Part shown: in pieces, positions 13,790-27,120 of the stretch | How positions within the stretch are numbered: position 1 is the stretch's first letter | Layout of the letters: each line of letters begins with the position of its first letter | Origin: Octopus vulgaris | Lineage: Eukaryota | Reading direction: 5' to 3' | Length of the DNA: 64,000 bases | Assembly: GCA_951406725.2 (NCBI GenBank) | Contig: OX597817.1 | Location: 90,148,001 to 90,212,000 of the forward strand | Translations under genes and position numbers: made by a program | Notes under the pieces: generated by a model | Seen by the model: the letters and a program-made list of their open reading frames with translations, nothing else | Database searches by the model: none | What the model was told of the DNA's origin: nothing

Positions 13790-14510
13790 TACTTTCAAAA
13801 ATAAACGTTGCAAAGCATTTAGAGTGGAGTAAAAACCTACAGAGTTGGTCCCTAGAGCAGTGGAAGAATGTTATTTTCCCAGGTGAGTCATCCTTTACCT
13901 TATTTCCAACCACCGGCTGAGTATACGTGTGGATATAGCCAAAAGAAGCATTTGACCCAGACTGCCTTCTTCCAACTGTTAAACTTGGAGGAGTATCTGT
14001 AATGATCTAGGGGCTATATGTTGGAAATTCACTGGCCCAATGATTTCCCTTCAGAGCAGAATTAATAGTCAAGACTATTTAAGCATTTTATCTGATCAAA
14101 TTCATCCTATGGTTGTGGAACTGTTTCCAGAGGGATAAGCAATCTTTCAGGATGATAATGCACAATTTACACAGCTAAAGTTGTTACTGAATGGCATGAG
14201 GAATATTCTAGTATAATTGAACATATTATCTGGCCACCACAGTCCCTAGATCTCAATATTACTGAACATTTATGGGGCATTTTAGAAAAACAAATAAAGA
14301 GTCGATATCCTCCACCATCATCACTACAAGAACTAGAGACTGTTTTAGATGAAGAACGGATAAAAATTCCTTTGGAAACAATTCAAACTTTGTGCAAGTC
14401 CATACCTCATAGAATTCAATCTGTAATTACTGCTAAAGGTGGTACTACCCTTTACTAAAATAAATTTGTTTGAAATTTTAAGGTATTTCCATTGTTTGGT
14501 CCAACCCCTG
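13790..14510 (+). mobile_element. Tc1-family transposon, 3' portion
   Basis: Decayed WKNVIFPGESSF, FQDDNA and WPPQSLDLNITEHLW motifs; right end ...gtccaacccctg followed by TA. Confidence 0.82.
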
Positions 14511-14700
14511 TATATATATGATAGCCTTCCACAGTTTCCATCAACTAAATTTACTCTCAAGGCATTGGTTGATATAGTAGTAGACACTTGCCCAAGGCAC
14601 CAAGCAGTGGAACTGAACCCAAAACCATGTGGTTGCAAAGCAAGCTTCTTAACAATACAGCCTTGCATGTACCTAAAAATATAAGTGAACTAGGTCTTAC

Positions 14701-14740
<40 letters not shown>

Positions 14741-14743
<3 letters not shown>

Positions 14744-15395
14744 CATCCTTTTTTTGTCTCGGGAGACAATGGAGTTGTGCATAAAATAATCTAGTCCAGC
14801 TCTTACATTTCATGTCCTAATACATCTCCTGCTGTGGCTGTGTGGTCCTATCCTGGACAAACTCTCCCTCTGGCAGGTGCCGCAAATGTAGCGAAGACCT
14901 TGTCTGGCTGGTTGTAATGTCATAGTTTCTTGTTGACGTCTTTTCTTGTCTTTCCATTTCTCCTCTCTCCCTCCGTCACTCCTTTGTGTTCCGTCTTTTA
15001 CGGTACGTTGCCAATCTCCACGGTTGCTGGCAACTGCTTCCCAGTTGCTAATATTGATGTTGCAGGCCTTCATGTCCCTTTTGCAAACATTCTTGTATCG
15101 TAAGAACGATCTTCCCACAGACCCAGTGCCCCTAGCAAGCTCTCTGTAGAGTATGTTCTTGGGGATTCTGCCATCTTCCATATGGCTAACATGTCCAAGC
15201 CATCTCATACGTCTTTGTGTGAAGAGTGCAAACATGCTTATTATTCCAGCTTGCTTGAAGACATCTTTGTTGGGGACATGATTCTGCCATTTGATGCAAA
15301 GGATTTTCCGGAGGCAGCGCAGGTGAAAGATATTTAGGCGACGCTCTTGGCATGTGTATGACATCCAAGTCTCACTTCCATACAGCAGAGTGCTA
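14741..15395 (-). mobile_element. RTE-clade LINE 3' fragment (second RTE family)
   Basis: STLLYGSETW...FHLRCLRKIL.IKWQ..VPN...RRMRWLGHV..M...RIPK.ILY..L...RYK.VCKRDMK, with a C-terminal CxxC..HxxxC-like finger. Confidence 0.88.
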
Positions 15396-16181
15396 TATAT
15401 ATATATACACATACACTGATGTTTTTTTTTTTTGCATATGCACACATCTAATATTCAGAAAACATTTTATTATAACTAATCTTTTTAAGAAGCATTCAAT
15501 ACTGAAACATTTCTTTTAGAATTATATGGAGGACAGACAGGATAAAAATTACCATGCTTTTATATAACAAATCTGATTGCTTTTATAAAATAGAGCAATG
15601 CCTTGAGAATCATGTCTGCCATATTTGTAAAAAAACTTGAGATTACTCTTTGAAATCAATAAGTTGAATGTTCTAAGTATCATGTTTCTATCTATCTGTA
15701 ACATGCTACAAACTTCTCAATGATTCCAGACCAAAATGAGGTACACTGTGATTCTATGCTGGATGGGTTCCAGGAAGTGGTCCCACTATCAAACTGGTCC
15801 TTTCAATGCCTGACCTGTTTGTCTTCTCCCACCTTTATTGTCAAACATAAACCAATCCTCCATAGGGAGGTTTCAGAGAGTCTGTAATTGATCTCTGATT
15901 TGAGTATAGAAGTTACAGATATTAAAGTGTAGCAGATAAGTTGCCAGACAAATAGAACAAGCGAGATGTAATGCAGGCATAGCCTACACCTGCCTGGAAA
16001 GGGAAAGAATGATGATGATGACGATGATGACTGTGATGACAATGATGATAAAGATGTTGATCAGGAGAAATAATAACTAATTGAAGAGTTGTGAGAATGT
16101 TCATATCTGTGCAAAGGAACAATTGATATAGTACAAAGAAGTAATAAGCAATATAAAAAATATTTAACTAAAAGTACTTAC

Positions 16182-16327
16182 AAACAGTCCCCTTCTTGCT
16201 GTGAGATTCAAACACTAAAACACTGGCCAGTTCACGTTTGACCATTGTGGAGAGGTGAGACAGTGCTTTTATATGCAGTAATTCCTCGTAGATAATTTCC
16301 AAGTCCTCAGCTGTTCGTTCCCGGGAC
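16182..16327 (-). CDS. RAPGEF4: Epac/RAPGEF4-like coding exon (N-terminal helices of the cAMP-binding domain)
   Basis: ttgtag|G...T|gtaagt, 146 nt (1+144+1). Encodes [48 protein letters not shown], near-identical to Epac2 [28 protein letters not shown]. Phases fit both neighbouring exons. Too short for the ORF track. Confidence 0.97.
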
Positions 16328-18043
16328 CTACAAGCAAACAGATACTTATTATTTAGTATGTTCTTTAAAAAGTAGTTAATATAATATTTTAAAATAATTT
16401 GTTACATTATAGAGAAAACAGTGGGGATGGTTGTTAACTATAGAGTCAGAATACTGGTTTTGGGTATGGCTGTGTGGTAATGAAGTTTGATTTATGACCA
16501 CATGATTCCAGGCTCAATTCTACTGCATTGGACCTTACACTAAGTATCTTCTACCATATCCTCAAGTTAACCAATACTTAATGTGTGCAATTTGGTAGAT
16601 GAAAACTGTGTGGAAGCCCACTGTATATATCATATATATCATCATCATCATCAAATTATCATTATGTTAACGTTCACTTTTCTATGCTTGCATAGGTGAG
16701 ATGAAATTTGTTGGAGCAGGTTTTATACAGCCATAAACCCTTCTGGTCATTAACCATCACCCGTTTCTGAGTGAGGTAATATTTCCCCTGGTCAAAACAA
16801 GGACACATGAACATACACAAAAATACATGAATAGACAAAGAGACAGATTGCAAGGGTCTTTCAGTTTCCATCTATCAAATTCACTCACAAGGCTTTCATC
16901 AGCCTGGGCCACAGTAAAAGACACTTGCCCATGGTGTCATGCTGTTGGACTGAACCTAAAACCATTTGGTTATGAAATGAATTTCTTAATCACGCAACCA
17001 TGCATGCATGTATGTATAGTATACATGAATGCAAGCATATATGGAATACTCATCATCACTTTACATGTATTAAAAAAAACTGCAATTGTTGATTTTTTTT
17101 CCTCACATGCTGGGATTCTGTATGCATTGTTCTTTAATTCCACATTTATACCTAAAGATGGAATGGTGTTGTGGTTTGAATTCATGATAGATGAATGTCA
17201 GATTCTTTTCTATTCTTTTCTACTCTAGGTACAAGGCCCAAAATTTTGGGGGAGGGGGCCAGTCAATTAGATCGACCCCAGTATGCAAGTGGCACTTAAT
17301 TTATCAACCCTGTAAAGATGAAAGGCAAAGTCGACCTTGGTGGAATTTGAACTCAGAATGTAAAGACAGACGAAATACTGTCAGCGTGCCACCTTCAGAT
17401 GAATGTCAGATTGTAAAATCAAGGATGGAATTAAGTTCGAAATTTTTTAAAGGATATCTACTGGTTTTTCCATATCTATCACAATAAAAATGTTATGAAT
17501 GTGCCTGGCAGTGATTTGCTGTACTTGATAACACATGTCAAGTTAAATAAAATTGCTGTCTTCCACACATACGGGCTTGTCCTTTCAGGTGCTGGTGCCA
17601 CTTAAAAAGCAGCCATGCTGGTGCTGTATTAATGCACCTGTACCAGTGCTGCTTAAATGCACTCATGCAGGTGGCATGTGAAAAGGAGCCAATACACTCT
17701 GTAAAGTGGTTGCTGTTAGGAAGGGCACCAAGCTGTAGAAAGCAGTTAGGGTCTGGACAGCTCCCTGCTAGCCAGCTCCATGTCAAACCATTCAACCCAT
17801 GCCAGCATAGAGAGTGGATGTTGAACAATGATGATGATGATTGGTTTCAATGTTTACCATAAAGACTGCCGCAAATGTTGGCCTGAGTAGAGAACCCACA
17901 GCTGCTCTGTCTCTCTGAGCACAAACACTGTCAACCAGATAGTGAAAGGAGACTTTGGCCAAGCATTTTAAGGCATCTTATGTTGCTTGATTGTAAGATG
18001 TATATACTGTTTGCCTAAGAACAGTACAAAAGATGAATCGCAT

Positions 18044-18136
18044 TCTAACTAAAGAATATATAGTAAAAATACTCTAACCATAGTTAGAATACATAGTAAA
18101 AATATTCTAATCCTAGTTAGAATATATAATAAAAAC
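18044..18136. repeat. About three copies of a ~33-bp tandem unit
   Basis: tagtaaaaatactctaaccatagttagaataca repeated with variation. Confidence 0.75.
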
Positions 18137-18809
18137 ACCAAGATGTTTTTAATATAAGACCTCAAACTTGCAAGCCACTGAATATATTATACTTTAGAAA
18201 ACCTATGTCATATACAGATTTCAATGCTAACATGAAAGTTGTAAACTTCATGACCCAAACTGTCACACTGAACATAAAAATATAACACTATCTCACTGGT
18301 CTGTTATGCATTTACAAGAAGAAATCATTGCAGCACTTTATATATTGCAGTACATGAAACAGTGAAGCTGTGTAACCAAGTGGTTAGTGTTGGGCTCACA
18401 CTCATAAGGCTGCAGGTCCAGTTTTATTATAAAAATTCTGGTCCTTGCTGTATAGTCATAACCAGGACAGGACAGATGCACATTGTAAAGCTGTCATAGG
18501 GTGTTGAATACTTGGCTCTGTCTCTGGTGTAGCTTATAATGCTGTGAAATAAGATGCTTATTACTGAAGGATTAGGCTACAGTGGGTTAGTTTGTTGTGA
18601 ACAGATTAGGGCTTATGACAGGTCCGTGATTTCTTCCATAAGTATGAAGCCTCAAATTTGGTGAGCAGTGTGGGGGGGATATAGTTGATTACAATGACCT
18701 ATGCTATATGTCTAGAACTTTATTTCATCAATCTCAGAAGTATGTAATACATTGTTTGTAATACACTATTATTTTTGTTTTCTGTTGGTGAAGGGTGGTA
18801 GATGATAGC

Positions 18810-19340
<531 letters not shown>

Positions 19341-20179
19341 ACAAAAGATATTTGTGAGCACTCAGATATGTTTCTGCAGAGCTTTGCCTTCTTGACTATG
19401 TTTCCTATATATGATATGAATATTGAAACAGTGTCGCATGGACTTCCTAGTATGCTTGTTCCCTCTGTATGCATGTGCTGGTGCTTTGTTGAAATGAAGG
19501 GACATTTGGTGGTTGATGCAGCATAACCATCAACTCTACAATACAGTCTCTCTCTGCCTATGCAGTACAGTCACCACCAACACTGTACAGTCTTCGTGTA
19601 TATGGTACATTCTCTACTCTTTCCCTTGTGTATATCTCACAGTTTGAATATTGTGTTCATGCTATTTCTGCATTGCATGTAGTTTTTATAGATCATAAAT
19701 AACAATTGAAATAATGATGGTGATGATGACAATGATGGTATACATGATGTTTATGGTAATGATATATACGATGGTGGTAGTAATGATGGAGATGCTACTA
19801 CTACTGCTGATAAATCTGATGAAAATCATGACAATGGTAATTTGTGATTATGATGATGATGTTGATTATGGTTATAACAGCTTCCTGTTGGTGTTAATAG
19901 TAAGACAAATTAAAACATGCTTCTCCTACTCCTACTCCTCAGCATCGTGATAGCCTTTATGAATCTTCCCCCTTCTCCTCCTTCCTTTCCTCCTCATATT
20001 ATTTCCATCCCAATAACAATAATGATGAATATAGCACTGACAATGGTGACTATAAATAACAGTGATAACAACAAAAACAACAACAAACAACAGTGAACAA
20101 AGAAAATTAAAGGAACATTATGAAAGAGGGTTCAAATTACAGTGAGAGCAACAGCAAGTGCTATTGTATGGCTTCTGTA

Positions 20180-20357
20180 TGGAGAGAGAGAGAGAGAGAG
20201 AAGAGTGAGAGAGAGAGAAGAGAGAGAGAGAGAGGGAAGAGTGGGAGAAGAGAGGAAAGAGAGTGAGAGAAAAAGATAAAAGAGTGGAAGTAGAGAGAGT
20301 GAGAGAGAAAGAGAGGAAAGAGTGAGAGGAGAGAGAAAGAGAAAAAAGTAGGAGGAT

Positions 20358-20388
<31 letters not shown>

Positions 20389-20480
20389 GGATGGGAGAAG
20401 AAAGAGAGAGAGAAGAGGGAGCAGAAGAGAATAGCAAGAGAGTGGGAGAGAAAGAGAGGGAGAAACAGAAAGAGAGAGAG
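20180..20480. repeat. GA-rich polypurine low-complexity tract
   Basis: Direct reading. Confidence 0.9.
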
Positions 20481-21180
20481 AGCAACAAAACAATAAAGAA
20501 AAAAACAAAAGCAAAGGTGGAACAGAACGGAAGAACTTTCTAGAACAGAACGGAAATGGTAGAAATAGAAGAGAATTGGATTCTTGATTCTCCAGCAAGA
20601 TGGCTTCAGGGATGTTAAATAGAATTAGTGTCAAAGTCTGTGAATATTGATGTTTATAAATCAGCTACATGGTATCATGTATCATATGCACAGGGAGTAT
20701 ATGTCATCATCATCATCATCATCATCAATGCATCCACATTTCCCATGCTGGTATGGATTGGATGAGATGTATTTGAGATAGTGTTGTATGGTTGGATACC
20801 CTCTCTGTTACTAACAATTATTTTTCAAGTAAGGTACTTATTCATCAGATATCTCACACAAGGAATCTCTCAATGGCTGGACATGGTTTTATGGTAGGCA
20901 TGGACAATGTAGCTGCTTGTAAAAATGTCTTTATTTGTGGATTAACAAGGCAACCAGTTATTTTATGGGGAAAAGATCTCCACAATCTTTAAGCAAACCA
21001 CTAAGGAATGCTGGTAACTGTCCCTCTTTTGGGTGAGAAAACATGAAGTTACATGAAAATATGCAGGACTCCATAAAAAACACATAGATCAAGGGAAGGA
21101 AACTTATAAGAATTTCTTGTTGTCTTCCTTGCACCAACCATGGATTTTTTGCAAGAATTTGTGAACTCCATACTCTCTGA

Positions 21181-21387
21181 TTCTTTTACTTGTTTCAGTC
21201 ATTTGACTGTGGCCATGCTGGAGCACCGCTTTTAGTCAAGCTAATCGACCCCAGGACTTATTCTTTGTAAGCCTAGTACTTATTCTATTGGTCTCTTATG
21301 CTGAACCACTAAGTTACGAGGACATAAACACACCAGCATCGGTTGTCATGTGATGTATGGAGGACAAACATAGACACACAAACATAT

Positions 21388-21423
<36 letters not shown>

Positions 21424-21597
21424 GCATATATACGACAGGCTTCTTTCAGTTTCCGTCTACCAAATCCACTCACAAGGCTTTGGTCGGCCTGGGGCTATAG
21501 TAGAAGACACTTGCCCAAGGTGCCATGCAGTGGGACTGAACCCGGAACCATGTGGTTGGTAAGCAAGCTACTTACCACACAGCCACTCCTACGCCTA
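21181..21597 (-). mobile_element. Well-preserved full-length SINE family B copy
   Basis: Minus strand ggcgtaggagtggctgtgtggtaag...ccgggttcagtccc (A/B-box-like), central (TA)(TG) tract, 3' end gactgaaacaagtaaaagaa. Other copies at about 6961-7098, 14521-14668, 16462-16624, 16853-17005, 41879-42150, 43803-44230, 48598-48760, 50718-51150, 60180-60435 and 60913-61083. Confidence 0.85.
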
Positions 21598-21935
21598 TAT
21601 GAATAGTTTAATTAATTCCTTAATTATCTTATACAAGAACATTCATACACTCCCACATTTTTATATATATACATCATGCAATTTGTTGATGTTTGAGTAT
21701 GTACATATCTTTTATTAAGATTTCACAAGCTTTTGCTGCAAAATTAGTCTATGTTCACAAAAAATCTTTAAGTTCATATACATGTATTTTTGTGAATCAT
21801 ATGATGTCATGAATATATGTTATGCATATGTGATACTAATACATCTGCTTGTTGTTCATACACCTGCCTTCATCTTTTGTTTTTCTATAAATCTCAACTA
21901 TATATATATACATACATAAGTATGTTTGTGTGTGT

Positions 21936-22837
21936 GTGTGGTCTGATTAATAAGCATCTGGACTGTTGCCATAGTAATGAAGCTAAAGTGAAGCTGCTTG
22001 GCACAAATTGACCTTGAATTCTGCTGTACATGTGCACTAAGTTTTAATATTCTAGCTCACTTCCGCTGTTTACAGCAGTGCTTGGAAGGAAGGTGTGTAG
22101 CATGTGATCCTTGCATTGACCACGACAGAGAAAGTTGAGCAGAGAATCTACATCAAATTTTGCCAAAAGCTTGGTCATATCTGCTTAGAGGCCTACACAA
22201 ATTTTCAAAAAGTTTTCATCATTCTTAATACAATCAAGGAGATTTTGTGCAACTGACATCTGAGTGTCTTTTCAGTCAGCTGAAAGCAGTTTTGGCACAA
22301 ACTTGGCAGACACATGTCTCATACTCAAACCTTCAGTGATAATAGACTGACTGAAGCATAACTAATCTGCACATCCTCTGATAACCCTCCGCTGATAACT
22401 CACGGATGGTGATTCGATGATTTCCCCTCACAGCTGCATGCACATCAGTGATGTTTTTCTCAGTTTCTGCTGGTTGCAGGTCTCCCAGAATGTTTGTCAA
22501 TACTGACATTTTTTCAGCCATCTTGGAAACATCTGAACCACATGTATACTTGTGTGCAGTTCATACACTCCTCTCCATACACTTTCTGCAACTTTGTGTA
22601 GGCCTCTAAGAAAGTATCGCCATGACAACTTTCTCTGTCATATTCAATGTGACAATCATACGCTACACATTTTTCTTCCAAGCACTGCTGTCAACAACAG
22701 AAGTGAGCTAGAATATTAAAACTTAGTGCACATGCACAGCAGAGTTCAAGGTCAATCTGTGCCAAGCAGCTTCACTCTGCATGCTTTATCTTCATTACTA
22801 TGGCAACGGCCCGGATACTTATTGATCAGACCTCATA
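21936..22837 (-). mobile_element. Non-autonomous mariner with long inverted ends (5' end present at both termini)
   Basis: 21940-22140 is a diverged inverted copy of 22625-22835. The interior encodes a mariner N-terminus on the minus strand (KNITDVHAAVRGNHRITIRELS). Confidence 0.85.
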
Positions 22838-23201
22838 TATATAAGTCACGACATATGGATTCAAGTAACCTGGTAGTATTCATAAAACAGCTCCTTAGTT
22901 TGTCAAAGCATAAACCCTATAGAGTATATGGTGATATACACGAGAAAAGAATAAGGAGAATATAAAGATATAAATGATGGAGAAAAATGATGAATTTTAT
23001 ATAAGAAATAACATTGAAAAATCATTACAAATTTGCTTCAGTTGTCCCAAACATAAATATCTTATATTATCATATTTAACAATAAACAAGCTACTCACAT
23101 CTGCATTAATTGAAACTACATGAAGTTCACTGAAGATGATGCAGAATTTGGGTTACCTCATCAGATGAGATTGTTTAATTGTTAAATACACCTTGATTTT
23201 C

Positions 23202-23243
<42 letters not shown>

Positions 23244-23312
23244 TATTTAGAGATAGTAGTTCCCTTCATCCCACCATATAAAAGAATTTTAATTTAATTT
23301 AATACTTACTAC

Positions 23313-23426
23313 TCATTTCTCAGCTACATGTGTGTTTCTTGAGGTTCTTTTACGGTTCCTTAAGCACGCAGTGTTTTACAGGAACCTTTCTTAAAATGTA
23401 ATCCCAATCATCAGGCCTCTAAATAA
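23313..23426 (-). ncRNA. Mirror copy of the hammerhead ribozyme, on the Epac-sense strand
   Basis: Reverse complement of the above; tcatcag at 23408-23414. The only difference seen is a 1-nt indel in the stem II extension. Confidence 0.7.
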
Positions 23427-23597
23427 CTTTATCATAGTTCGATACCAAATACTATATTTTAATTTTAACAGATAAGTATGTGTATGTGTAAATAGGTTTG
23501 CCAGCTTGCACAGTAAGGTCCAGCGAACCTATTTACACATTCACATACTTATCTGTTAAAATTAAAATATAGTATTTGGTATCGAACTATGATAAAG

Positions 23598-23710
23598 TTA
23601 TTTAGAGGCCTGATGATTGGGATTACATTTTAAGAAAGGTTCCTGTAAACACTGCGTGCTTAAGGAACCGTAAAAGAACCTCAAGAAACACACATGTAGC
23701 TGAGAAATGA
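23598..23710 (+). ncRNA. Type I hammerhead ribozyme with extended stem II
   Basis: CTGATGA 23610-23616; stem II TTGGG/CTCAA; GAAA 23685-23688; stem III ACA-caca-TGT with GUA triplet 23696-23698; stem I GGC/GCT plus TTATTT/AAATGA across an internal loop. Confidence 0.72.
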
Positions 23711-23849
23711 GTAGTAAGTATTAAATTAAATTAAAATTCTTTTATATGGTGGGATGAAGGGAACTACTATCTCTAAATAAAATATATATTTCCTCATTGA
23801 GAATAATTTGAACCCCTGTGATGCGGGAATTTTTTTCCCTAATAAATAA

Positions 23850-23920
<71 letters not shown>

Positions 23921-23924
<4 letters not shown>

Positions 23925-24049
23925 GAGGTGCAATGGCCTAGTGGTTAGGGCAGCGGACTCGCGGTTTCGATTCCCAGACTGGGCGTTGTGAGTGTTTATT
24001 GAGCGAAAACACCTAAAAGCTCCACGACTCTCCGGCAGGGGGTGGTGAT

Positions 24050-24050
<1 letters not shown>
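23921..24050 (+). mobile_element. tRNA-derived SINE head (family C) inside (TA)n
   Basis: A box tggcctagtgg and B-box-like ggtttcgattcc; CpG-rich; no full cloverleaf. Confidence 0.7.
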
Positions 24051-24117
<67 letters not shown>

Positions 24118-24369
24118 CCTTATCTTTGTTTGAACTGATGACTTACTTCATTACTACTTGAAATGGGTTTCTGACTCTTCTGCACTCTATTAGACAGTGT
24201 CTACATAAATGTACAAAACCTAAAAAAGCAGTGGTGTGTAACATATTTTATGCATACCCAGTTCTGTAAGAAGTACACGTGCTGGTCTACCACCCACCCA
24301 CATATATGTATGTACAGAAACTCTAAGCTTCATAAATTGTATAACAAGTATAAATTATTATATATGTGA

Positions 24370-26050
24370 AATGGAGTGCAACAACATTGTTAGTGAGTAT
24401 CTGGTACGTAATTGTTTGTGTGTTACATTGTTGTAGTTTGTAATAAAACGTTTGTTTGCAATGTAACAGATAAGAAGTTTATTATAGATAATAATTTGTT
24501 GTTAGGCTGTAATTCAAATAAAGTGATATATTTAATTAGTTTTGATGAATGGGGTGTGCAGTATGTGGGAAAGATGACTCAGACATTACATGAAAGTCTT
24601 AATAGGCATAAGCATGTACACAAGGCAAAGAAGGATCAGTATATTTATGAACATTTTAGGGAAGGTGACTCCAGGTTTAATAACTGTAAACCATATATGA
24701 CCATATCCTTAGGCAACTGCTTCTAGATAGAGAAAACTTTTGGATTAGAGAACAGTGTAGTGTATATGAGCTAGGTTTAAATGATAAAATTTTAGGTTTA
24801 TAAAGTGTTTTGAGTGGAAAGGATGCAATTGATGTGCATCTTTCAAAGGCCATATGAAGGAGAAAGCATAACAAAGGCCATAGAGGCAACAGGTCTGAAA
24901 GAGACATTTCTGGTACTTGGGACAAACATAATAAATTGTATGATGGTATTGAGTATTATAAGCGTTATGTCTTGTTGAGAGCTTGTTCTCTTTCCATTAT
25001 TAGGAAACTTTTAGATAATTGTGATAGGGATTTAACATAGGTTAGGTTTTTAGTTGATAGTTTATATAATAGATTGATTAAAGTGGTGAAGAAGAAAACA
25101 AAGTCAAAATGGAATAGCTGATAATATCTTCCATTGGTAGCTCCATTGATGATATTTGTTGAAATACTATAATTTAGAATAAGAGGACACAGAACCTTTA
25201 ATCAGTTGATGTTAAGTATGTAAATATATGTATTGGCTATAGACTAGGTCAGAAAAAAGTGATAAATTAATTAACTATAGTAAGTCTTGTTGGAGGTTAA
25301 TTCAAAAAATTTCAGGAGCATTTATTTTGGAACATGTGATTCCAGTAAGTCTGAATTCTGCTTCAATGAAGTTGAGCATGTTTATACAGGAAATTTAAGA
25401 TATTACAAATGAGGATCTGAGAAAGATTAGGATGAAAGGTATGAAATAGAAATACAGGGAACCTTGTAAGATTAGTAAGCATAGATTAGTGGAGGTTATT
25501 TTAAGATCAATTTGCGATTTTATAGTCTAGATAAGTCCTAAGTATAGAGTTAAACTAGAGGAATTCCAAAAATGGTGGAATAAAATAAGTGTGTCTCTGA
25601 GATATATTAGAAGGATTCACAGCTTGACAGGAAGCAAATCTGTTTTAAGTAAGCCTGAAGTTAGAGAGTTGCATGATACATTATAGTACCTACAGATAAA
25701 GAGTCAGAGAATTTTGTTATTATTTGTAAAAAATATTATGTGAAGGTATTTGGTTATGAGTTATGAGTTGAAAGTGACTTTGGCTTTAAAAGTAATAGTA
25801 AATATTGCACATTATCAGATAAGGCTACTGTGGGAATAAGGAAATTAGTTCCTAGGGTAGAAAAGTTGAGTGATTCCAAAATTTTGTTGATTCCTAAATT
25901 ACACAAGGTACCATATAAAAGTAGGTTTATTGCAGGTATTAGGAAATGTACAAACAAACAACTATCTTTAAAGCTTAGTGAAGCTTTAGATGTGGTTAGG
26001 CCATATTTTATGAGGTGTTGTGAATGAATTTTTAGCAATTCTGGAATAAA
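24370..26050 (+). mobile_element. Decayed Penelope-like retroelement with N-terminal GIY-YIG endonuclease (Naiad-like)
   Basis: In order: CNSNKVIYLIS...GVQYVG...HK...IYEHF; RENFWIR...Y.LGLND; TCD..KSEFC...EHVYTGNL; VPTDK...FVIICKKYY; IPKLHKVPYKSRFIA. The endonuclease precedes the RT. Truncated near 26050. Confidence 0.82.
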
Positions 26051-27076
26051 TCTCCCTTTCCTTAGGGTTTCACTGCAGGTAGCATTATTTCGATAGTAAT
26101 TTTGTTCTAGAAATATTCAGTGTTTATAATCTGCAAATATATATAGTTGAATATTTAAAATTTATATGTATTTATTTATTCTATAATTAAGTGTAATTTG
26201 ATTTGTTCACAAGTAACTAACTCATTGGTTGTTTATTTATAATGGGTTATTTTGTCTCTTTGTAGTAAAGAAATGTTTAATTATTGTTTTAATCATAGGT
26301 GCATATGTTTGTATGTGTGCCTCTGTGTGTGTGTGGGGTGTATGTGCGTGTGTGTATATGTGTGCATATATATTTGTATATGTGTGTGTGTGTGAGTGTG
26401 TATCCTTTATTTTATTTTATTTTTGGTAAGCAGCTTATTTGGTTAATATATTTTGTATCATTGAACTTGTTTCATTGATATTGATCTAATCTTGTCCTTT
26501 TCCTTGTATGTGGTTCGAGGACATTGTTTACAAAATGTAATGTTCTACTAATTGTTATTAGGCTTGTTTATGAGTGTGATATCATGTTTGTGAAGTCATT
26601 ATGATTGAGAAACAAAGTATCTAGTTGTCTATGTTTGTTGCATTGTCTGTACATTCTTTGTGGAATTAGTTCTTTGTTGTAAACACTAATATCTAGCTAT
26701 AAGTTATCACTATTTGTTTAATCTCTTGTTATTACTTGTAGTAATGAGCTAGAGGATTCCTGAGAAGTGTTTATATTTTTAACACTGCAGACACTGCTGG
26801 ATTGAATGGTACAGGTGTTGAAGTCATAACGATGTCCATTTGGGCAGCTGATGACAGGAATGCATTGTGAATTTCTTATATCTTAGTCTCATTATTCTGG
26901 TTTATTTTTTATTCTTGTAAAGTGGAAAGTGTTTGTAGATTCATAGTCTGTGGAGATCGCTTACTTTGGTATTGTTTAGTTTTCTTCATAGATAATCTAA
27001 TTAGGCTTGACAAAGCTTAAATACTGGTGTCTAGTTTGGAGAGGTCCTGTGGCATATATATATGTATATACATACA

Positions 27077-27112
<36 letters not shown>

Positions 27113-27120
27113 TATACATA

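Larger units (their letters stand above)
23241..23782. repeat. Near-perfect 542-bp palindrome (probable Penelope-like pLTR pair)
   Basis: Arms 23241-23501 and 23523-23782, about three differences seen, 21-nt spacer. Unique tail 23783-23855. Embedded between (TA)n tracts. Confidence 0.95.

Noticed and set aside
23921-23985. tRNA gene
   Set aside because: A and B boxes are present but there is no complete cloverleaf; it is a SINE head.
24128-24165. CTGATGA...GAAA upstream of the PLE ORF
   Set aside because: No stem II or stem III pairing; likely chance.
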